Part shown: positions 57,887 to 64,000 of the stretch, in pieces | How the letters are laid out: each line of letters begins with the position of its first letter | Numbering within the stretch: position 1 is the first letter of the stretch | Assembly: GCA_021784575.1 (NCBI GenBank) | Contig: JAJYHX010000004.1 | Coordinates: forward strand, 68,350-132,349 | DNA: 64,000 nt | Source: Nitrospirota bacterium | GTDB lineage: Bacteria; Nitrospirota; JACRHJ01 | Direction of reading: 5' to 3' | The notes under the pieces: generated by a model | Databases searched by the model: none | Seen by the model: the letters and a program-made list of their open reading frames with translations, nothing else | What the model was told of the DNA's origin: nothing | Translations under genes and position numbers: made by a program

Positions 57887-58998
57887 ACAGCCGCTCCGGC
57901 GCTGTCCTGCCGGCGGTTCCCGCGTGAAACGCTCAGCATAATCCCTACCGACGCAAGCGCAACAAAAACCGACGACCCGCCCGCGCTGATGAACGGGAGC
58001 GGCATGCCCTTGTTAGGGAACACGCCCGTCGCGACGCCCATGTTTATAAGGGCCTGCAACCCTATCATCAGCGTAAGCGCGAAAACCAGCAGCCGCCCGA
58101 ACGGGTCCTTGCACCTCAGCGCAAGCCTCATGCCGAACAGCGTGAACAACAGAAAAAGTATCACTATGGCCGCCGCGCCTATGAAGCCGAATTCCTCGCC
58201 GATGACCGAGAATATGAAGTCGTTGTGCGGCTCCGGCAGGAAAAGGAGCTTCTGCCTGCTCTGGCCCAGCCCTACGCCGGTCAGTCCGCCGCCGCCGAAC
58301 GCAAGAAAAGACTGGATGGTCTGGAACCCTGCGCCAAGCGGGTCGTTCCACGGGTTCATAAAGGTATAGAGGCGGCTTTTGCGATAACCGACCTTGAAGA
58401 GCTGCAGGTAAAGAACCGGCATCGCACCAAGCACCAGCGCGCCCAGGTGGGACAGCTTCGCCCCGCCCGCAAACAGCATCATGAATACGACCGCGCATAT
58501 CGCGGCGGCGGTCCCGAAATCAGGCTCCAGGGCAATCAGCAGGACGAGCGTCCCGCAGATGAACAGATACGGTCCGATACCATGCCAGAAATCGTTCAGC
58601 TTCTCAGCCCTCTTTGCAAGCGAGGCGGCGACGAACGTGAAAAGAACCGGCTTGGTAAATTCGGACGCCTGTAACGAAAAACCAGCGAGCCTTATCCACC
58701 TGCGCGCCCCGTTCACCTCCGGCCCGACCAGGGTTATTATAAGCAGGATAAAACACATAAACAGCGCAGGAAGCGAGAGCTTCCGGAAGATTTTATAGTC
58801 CATCCTCCACGCGGCAAGCATCGCCGCCATCCCGGCTCCGGCCCAGACAATCTGCCGCTTCAGGTAATAAGTCGAGTCGTTGTGATACCTGAGCGCCATG
58901 ACCGAACTCGCGGAATATACCATCACAAGCCCGAAGGACAGGAGTATCAGCGTTATGAAAAATATTATGCTGTCTTCGCGGATTTGTTTCAGCTTCAT
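57883..58998 (-). CDS. ftsW: SEDS peptidoglycan polymerase FtsW
   Basis: VYSAS, GARRW, EPDFG, PEPHNDFIF, PFISAGGS. Confidence 0.96.
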   Translation of the reverse strand: MKLKQIREDSIIFFITLILLSFGLVMVYSASSVMALRYHNDSTYYLKRQIVWAGAGMAAMLAAWRMDYKIFRKLSLPALFMCFILLIITLVGPEVNGARRWIRLAGFSLQASEFTKPVLFTFVAASLAKRAEKLNDFWHGIGPYLFICGTLVLLIALEPDFGTAAAICAVVFMMLFAGGAKLSHLGALVLGAMPVLYLQLFKVGYRKSRLYTFMNPWNDPLGAGFQTIQSFLAFGGGGLTGVGLGQSRQKLLFLPEPHNDFIFSVIGEEFGFIGAAAIVILFLLFTLFGMRLALRCKDPFGRLLVFALTLMIGLQALINMGVATGVFPNKGMPLPFISAGGSSVFVALASVGIMLSVSRGNRRQDSAGAAV

Positions 58999-59002
58999 TT
59001 GG

Positions 59003-60346
59003 TTACAGGCTCCGCACAATATCCTTGAACTGCCTTCCACGGTCCTCGAAGTCCTTGAACATGTCGAAGCTTGCGCAGGCGGGGGAGAGCAGCACGACGT
59101 CGCCTTTTGAAGCCGCGTCTTTTGCCTTCAATACGGCGTCCTTCAAAGACGAAGCGCGCACCGTCTCGGTCTCGCCGCCAATCGCCTCTTCCATCGCGTC
59201 CGCGGCCTTGCCGAAAAGGACGAGCCTCTTGACCCTTTCGCGCACAAGCTTCCTGAGCGGCGAAAAATCGCTGTGCTTGTCCAGGCCGCCTGCGAGCAAT
59301 ATCACCGGCTCCGTGAAGCTCTCTATGGATTTCTCCACAGCCCCGACGTTTGTCCCCTTGGAATCGTTTATGTAGCTCACGCCGTTTAATTCACGCACGA
59401 ATTCCAGCCTGTGCTCAAGGCCGGGAAACTCGCGCAGGACTTTCTCCACCGCGCCTGCACCGGCCCCGGCGGCAAGCGTTATTGCGGCGGCGGCAAGAGC
59501 GTTCTCGAGGTTATGCACGCCGCGAATCCTTATGTCATTTACCCTGATTATTCTTTCCTCGGGGCCTGACATGGCGCTTACGAGAACGCCGTCCCTCACG
59601 AAAACTCCGTCTGCGGGATACTTCTTCCGGGAGAACGGAACTATTCTGCACATCGTTTTTTTTGCCAGGGCGACAGTCGGCGCATCGTCCATATTTACCA
59701 CCAGGCAATCCTTTAACGTCTGGTTTTTGTATATCCTGGCCTTTGCCGCCGCATATTCCTTCATGTTCCGGTAGCGGTCGAGGTGGTCCTGCGTGACGTT
59801 TAAGAGCGCGGATATTTTCGGGCGGAATTTTTTAATGGTCTCAAGCTGGAAGCTCGATACCTCGGCCACTATGTAGTCCCGGCCTCTAAGGAGATCCGGT
59901 TCTTCCGTAAGGGCGTTGCCGAGGTTTCCTCCCACGGTCACCTTCATCCCCGAGGTCTTCAGTATTTCGCCGACGAGCGTGGTCGTGGTGGACTTTCCGT
60001 TTGTCCCGGTTATGGCGATAAAAGGCGAATCGGAGTATAGATATGCAAGCTCCAGCTCTCCTATGACCTGGACTTTCGCAGAGACCGCCATTTTTATCGG
60101 CGGGGCCGAAAGCGGCATACCGGGCGAGACTACAATCATGTCCGCGCCGGAGAAAAGCTCGTCCGGGTGCGCGCCCAGAACCTTCCTTACCCTGGGATTC
60201 AGCCGCAGGAGCTGTTCGCCAATCTCCGCCTCGGGCTTGATGTCCGTAACTGTCACATCCGCGCCGAGCCGCAAGAGCAGATTCGCCGCCCCCGCGCCGC
60301 TTCGGGCCAGGCCCGCCACTGTTATTTTCTTGCCGCTGAAATTCAT
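59003..60346 (-). CDS. murD: UDP-N-acetylmuramoyl-L-alanine--D-glutamate ligase
   Basis: GTNGKSTTT, EVSSFQL, NDSKGTN, SPACASFD. Confidence 0.97.
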   Translation of the reverse strand: MNFSGKKITVAGLARSGAGAANLLLRLGADVTVTDIKPEAEIGEQLLRLNPRVRKVLGAHPDELFSGADMIVVSPGMPLSAPPIKMAVSAKVQVIGELELAYLYSDSPFIAITGTNGKSTTTTLVGEILKTSGMKVTVGGNLGNALTEEPDLLRGRDYIVAEVSSFQLETIKKFRPKISALLNVTQDHLDRYRNMKEYAAAKARIYKNQTLKDCLVVNMDDAPTVALAKKTMCRIVPFSRKKYPADGVFVRDGVLVSAMSGPEERIIRVNDIRIRGVHNLENALAAAAITLAAGAGAGAVEKVLREFPGLEHRLEFVRELNGVSYINDSKGTNVGAVEKSIESFTEPVILLAGGLDKHSDFSPLRKLVRERVKRLVLFGKAADAMEEAIGGETETVRASSLKDAVLKAKDAASKGDVVLLSPACASFDMFKDFEDRGRQFKDIVRSL

Positions 60347-60348
60347 GT

Positions 60349-61446
60349 CTAAGTCCTGCGTCTTCTTCTACTTATGCGTTTTTTGTAATGCGCGGGACAA
60401 ACTTTAAGCCGTCTGCCCGGCCGTATCAGCGATCTCACGGACAGGTTGTTCAGTCTGGCCAGGCTGTTCACGCTCATGCCGAACCTCCTTGCTATCCCGA
60501 AGAGCGTGTCGCCGCGTCTTACCCTGTAGACCCGTTTGGATACGACCCGCCTTCCGCGATGCCTTATTCTTTCCCTGACCCTGTAAGAAGCCTTTATTAT
60601 CCGTCCGGTCTCCGGCGTGTCGCCGAGCGCCAGGGTCTGGTTCTTCATGGCCAGTTCGAATCCCTTGTCCAGGAGTTTTTTGGTGTCTCCCCAGAGGTCC
60701 GCGCCGTGCAGGATTGCGACTATGAGCCTGGTGTTGGAACAGTTGGCCTCTCCGACATAGCACTGCCTGGCTGCGAGCGTATAGCCGGTCTTGCCCGCGC
60801 CCGCGCCTTCGTAATACCATAGCATCCTGTTATGGTTCTTCAGGAGCGTCTTGTCCCTGCGGCCCATGTTGAGCGTCGCGTATTTTGTGCATGCTATCTG
60901 CATGAAAGTGGGGTTGTGCATGGCATAGCGGAGCATCAGGGCCAGGTCGTACGGCGTGGTGTAGTGGTCGCTTATCGGAAGTCCGGAAGCGTTTCTGAAA
61001 TTGGTATCGACAGCGCCTATCTCATGGGCCTTTTCCGTCATGAGTTTTGCGAACGCCGGCTCGGAGCCCGCTATGCCTTCCGCAAGCACGACGGCGCTGT
61101 CGTTGGCGCTTTTCAGGAGCAATGAATAAAGGAGCGCCTGCACGGTCACCCTGTCGCCCGGCCTCAGGTAAACCTTGGATGCTGGCATGGAGGCCGCGTG
61201 CCGGCTGACTGTAAAAACATCGGAGAGCTTTGCCTTCTCAAGCGTAATTATCGCTGTCATTACCTTCGTGCAGGAAGCCGGGGGGAATTCCGTGTTGAGG
61301 TTCCGGGATATTATGACCTTGCCTGTATCCGCGTCCATTACACAGACGCCCTCGGCGGTCACGTGGAAATTATCCTCCGCGAGAGCGGGCCGAAGCGAGG
61401 TTAAGAGAACGAGTGTAAAAAGAATCAGCGCCGACAATCTCTTCAT
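60349..61446 (-). CDS. D-Ala-D-Ala carboxypeptidase (peptidase S11) with C-terminal LysM
   Basis: Signal peptide, PASCTK (SxxK), SAN, KTG; YRVRRGDTLFGIARRFG LysM. Confidence 0.9.
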   Translation of the reverse strand: MKRLSALILFTLVLLTSLRPALAEDNFHVTAEGVCVMDADTGKVIISRNLNTEFPPASCTKVMTAIITLEKAKLSDVFTVSRHAASMPASKVYLRPGDRVTVQALLYSLLLKSANDSAVVLAEGIAGSEPAFAKLMTEKAHEIGAVDTNFRNASGLPISDHYTTPYDLALMLRYAMHNPTFMQIACTKYATLNMGRRDKTLLKNHNRMLWYYEGAGAGKTGYTLAARQCYVGEANCSNTRLIVAILHGADLWGDTKKLLDKGFELAMKNQTLALGDTPETGRIIKASYRVRERIRHRGRRVVSKRVYRVRRGDTLFGIARRFGMSVNSLARLNNLSVRSLIRPGRRLKVCPAHYKKRISRRRRRT

Positions 61447-61458
61447 GACATCTTCCTT

Positions 61459-62541
61459 CTACCTGAGTTTCAGGGTGCTCAGGCCCACCAACGCAAGAAT
61501 AATACCCAGTACCCAAAACCGCGCAATGACCTTTGATTCCGCCCAGCCCATCTCTTCAAAATGGTGGTGGACCGGAGCCATCCTGAAAATCCTCTTGCCC
61601 CGGCTCTTGAATGACGCGACCTGGAGGATAACAGATAGCGTCTCCGCGACAAATATGCCTCCCACAATAACCAGTATTATCTCGTGCTTGGTCAGCAGGG
61701 CCAGCATACCGAGCGCGCCGCCCAGACTCAGGCTCCCGACGTCGCCCATGAACACCTCGGCGGGATGCGAGTTATACCATAGAAACCCCAACGACGCGCC
61801 CATCAAGGCCCCGCAGAATACCGTAAGCTCTCCCGCGCCCGGTATGTACAGCACCTGAAGATAATGCGAGAAAATCCTGTTGCCGGTCACGTAGACCAGG
61901 ACGGCGTTTGCGAAGGCGGCTATGCCGACAAGTCCTATTGCCAGCCCGTCCAGGCCGTCGGTCAGGTTCACCGCGTTGGACGAGCCGACCAGCACCAGCA
62001 CCACGAACGGGACATAGAACCACGCCAGGTTGATTATCCATTTCTTGAAGAACGGTATCAGGAGCACCGTGCTGTTCGGGTCCATGGGGTTGAAATAAAG
62101 CAGGAGGCCTATGCAAAGGGCAATCACCACCTGCCATCCGAACTTGTAGCGGGCCTTCAGTCCCTCGCTCTTCTTCCTTACGACTTTCAGGTAATCGTCA
62201 TAGAACCCCACCGCGCCGAAGGCAAGGGTGCCCGCCACCACGAGCCAGACGTAGCGATTGGTGAGGTCGGACCATAAAATGGTCGGAACCGTTACGGCAA
62301 TGAGTATCAGGATTCCGCCCATTGTCGGGGTTCCGGCCTTGCCGAGGTGCGTGCCGGGCCCGTCCGAGCGAACCTGCTGTCCGACCTTGAGATCTTTCAG
62401 CTTCCGGATAATGGACGGCCCGAAGATGAAGCTTATGAGGAGCGCCGTGAACATCGCGCTGGCGAAGCGGAAAGTAATGTAGCGGAACACGTTGAAGGCG
62501 TGTATTTTTTCGTGAAGCGGAAACAGCAGGTTATAAAACAT
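61459..62541 (-). CDS. mraY: Phospho-N-acetylmuramoyl-pentapeptide transferase
   Basis: [33 protein letters not shown]. Confidence 0.98.
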   Translation of the reverse strand: MFYNLLFPLHEKIHAFNVFRYITFRFASAMFTALLISFIFGPSIIRKLKDLKVGQQVRSDGPGTHLGKAGTPTMGGILILIAVTVPTILWSDLTNRYVWLVVAGTLAFGAVGFYDDYLKVVRKKSEGLKARYKFGWQVVIALCIGLLLYFNPMDPNSTVLLIPFFKKWIINLAWFYVPFVVLVLVGSSNAVNLTDGLDGLAIGLVGIAAFANAVLVYVTGNRIFSHYLQVLYIPGAGELTVFCGALMGASLGFLWYNSHPAEVFMGDVGSLSLGGALGMLALLTKHEIILVIVGGIFVAETLSVILQVASFKSRGKRIFRMAPVHHHFEEMGWAESKVIARFWVLGIILALVGLSTLKLR

Positions 62542-63920
62542 TACGCGTGAATCCTCCCCGTCTTCAGCTTCTCCACCGCGAGTTCCATCTTCGAGCCGCG
62601 CGAGCCCTTCACGAGCACCACGTCTCCCGCCTTAAGAAAATCCGCCGCAATCTCCGCCGCCTTGCCGGGCTCGGGCGCGATGAATATGTTCTCCTCCGGC
62701 ATACCCGCTTCTATCGCGCCCTGGGCCGCGTCCGGCGCATGCGGGCCCACCAAAACCAGCATGTGGACGCCGCTTGCCCCGGCAAGCCTGCCGGTATCGA
62801 AATGAGACCTCGACGCCTGGCTTCCAAGCTCCAGCATCTCGCCAAGGATTGCGAACTTCCTCCCGCCCTTCATCGACGTCAGCGCGCTTATCGCCGCGGC
62901 CATTGACGCCGGGTTTGCGTTATAGGCGTCGTTTATTACCCTTACCCCGTCGATTATCTCCTCCTGCATCCGCATCTTCGCTGGGCGGCAGGAGGAAAGA
63001 CCGTCCCTTATCTCGTCCATAGTCATGCCGAGGACATAGGCCGAGGAGGCCGCCGCCAGAGCATTATAGACATTGTGAGAGCCGATGAAGTTCAGTTTTA
63101 TCGCCGAGGACATGCCCGGCAGTTTAAGCCTGAACGACACGCCGCCCGCGCTCTCCGCTATATCCGACGCGGATACCGCGGCGTCTCTGCCAAGGCCGAA
63201 AGACACGGTCTCCCCCTTGAACCGGTGCGGCAGGGCTTTTAAGTGCGGGTCGTCCGCATTCAATATCGCCGTCCCTTCGGGCGGCAGGGAGGCGATCAGT
63301 TCCGACTTGGCCTTCGCCACCCCTTCGAGGTCCTTCAGGATGTCGAGGTGGGCCGGGCCGATATTCGTTATCACGCCTATTCCGGGCGAGGCAATCGCGG
63401 CAAGCCTGGCAATCTCGCCGGGCGCGCTCATGCCCATTTCTATAACCGCCGCCCAGTGTTCGTCCTTGAGCCTCAGGAGCGTAAGCGGAACGCCGATATG
63501 ATTGTTCAGGTTGCCGTCGGTCCTGAGCGCCGGGCCGCGCAGCGATAGTATGGACGCGAGCATTTCCTTGGTGGTGGTCTTTCCGTTTGTGCCCGTGATG
63601 CCGACAAGCGGCATGTCCATCCGCGCCGTCCTCACGGAATGCGCCAGGTCCTGGAGGGCGCGCAGCGTATCCGGGACTTCTATTAAAGTCATCCCCGGCT
63701 GATTGACATCTTTCCCCTTTTCTATAAGCGCGCCGGCCGCGCCGGAGACCGCCGCCTGCCCTATAAAGTCATGGCCGTCGAAGCGTTCGCCGGAAAGCGG
63801 GACAAAGAGTTCGCCCGGCTTGACGCTCCTGCTGTCCGTGGATATGCCGGAGAACTCCGCCTTGCCTTCCTGGACGAGCCTGCCGCCCGCCGCCGCGATT
63901 ATTTTTTCCAGGTTAATCAC
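62541..63920 (-). CDS. murF: UDP-N-acetylmuramoyl-tripeptide--D-Ala-D-Ala ligase
   Basis: [29 protein letters not shown]. Confidence 0.97.
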   Translation of the reverse strand: MINLEKIIAAAGGRLVQEGKAEFSGISTDSRSVKPGELFVPLSGERFDGHDFIGQAAVSGAAGALIEKGKDVNQPGMTLIEVPDTLRALQDLAHSVRTARMDMPLVGITGTNGKTTTKEMLASILSLRGPALRTDGNLNNHIGVPLTLLRLKDEHWAAVIEMGMSAPGEIARLAAIASPGIGVITNIGPAHLDILKDLEGVAKAKSELIASLPPEGTAILNADDPHLKALPHRFKGETVSFGLGRDAAVSASDIAESAGGVSFRLKLPGMSSAIKLNFIGSHNVYNALAAASSAYVLGMTMDEIRDGLSSCRPAKMRMQEEIIDGVRVINDAYNANPASMAAAISALTSMKGGRKFAILGEMLELGSQASRSHFDTGRLAGASGVHMLVLVGPHAPDAAQGAIEAGMPEENIFIAPEPGKAAEIAADFLKAGDVVLVKGSRGSKMELAVEKLKTGRIHA

Positions 63921-64000
63921 GCGCTCTTCCTCGCAAGCATTGCCGCAGCCGCCGCTTCACGGTCGTCGAAATGGTATTTCGTCGTCCCGATTATCTGGTA
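63917..64000 (-). CDS. murE: MurE ligase, C-terminal fragment (5' part outside window)
   Basis: YQIIGTTKYHFDDRE...; GTGA overlap with murF. Confidence 0.85.
   Translation of the reverse strand, partial: YQIIGTTKYHFDDREAAAAAMLARKSA

Overview
GC-rich bacterial chromosomal window, probably from a diderm anaerobe of Nitrospirota/Desulfobacterota type (inferred from gene content only). From left to right: (1) 1-9306, minus strand: a periplasmic group-1 [NiFe] uptake hydrogenase operon (small, large, cytochrome b, maturation protease) with a clear sigma54 promoter. Directly upstream is a complete putative H2-sensing cascade (HupU/V-like hydrogenase, PAS histidine kinase, NtrC-family activator). 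(2) 9404-9605: what look like stacked scars of older integration junctions. (3) 9606-20409: a ~10.8-kb tyrosine-integrase element in the 3' half of tRNA-Val(CAC), bounded by 46-bp direct repeats. It carries a GNAT toxin-antitoxin-like pair, a type III restriction-modification system, a candidate activator/operator/excisionase switch and a small replication-like module, with no capsid or conjugation genes. (4) 20.5-43 kb: mixed core genes, including an output-less GAF-PAS-Cys-rich sensor divergent from an XRE regulator with a long structured leader, rlmI, surA with a tandem repeat, apbE, nadA, a peptide-uptake/catabolism cluster, and a fused NikM-N-Q nickel transporter under a NikR-type operator. 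Several REP-like palindromes occur here, some in frame inside proteins. (5) 43-64 kb: the pgeF-yggS-proC-yggT-divIVA cluster and the dcw cluster (murE to ftsZ), with a D,D-carboxypeptidase-LysM gene between mraY and murD. No CRISPR array or rRNA was seen. All protein calls come from motif recognition by eye, not database searches.
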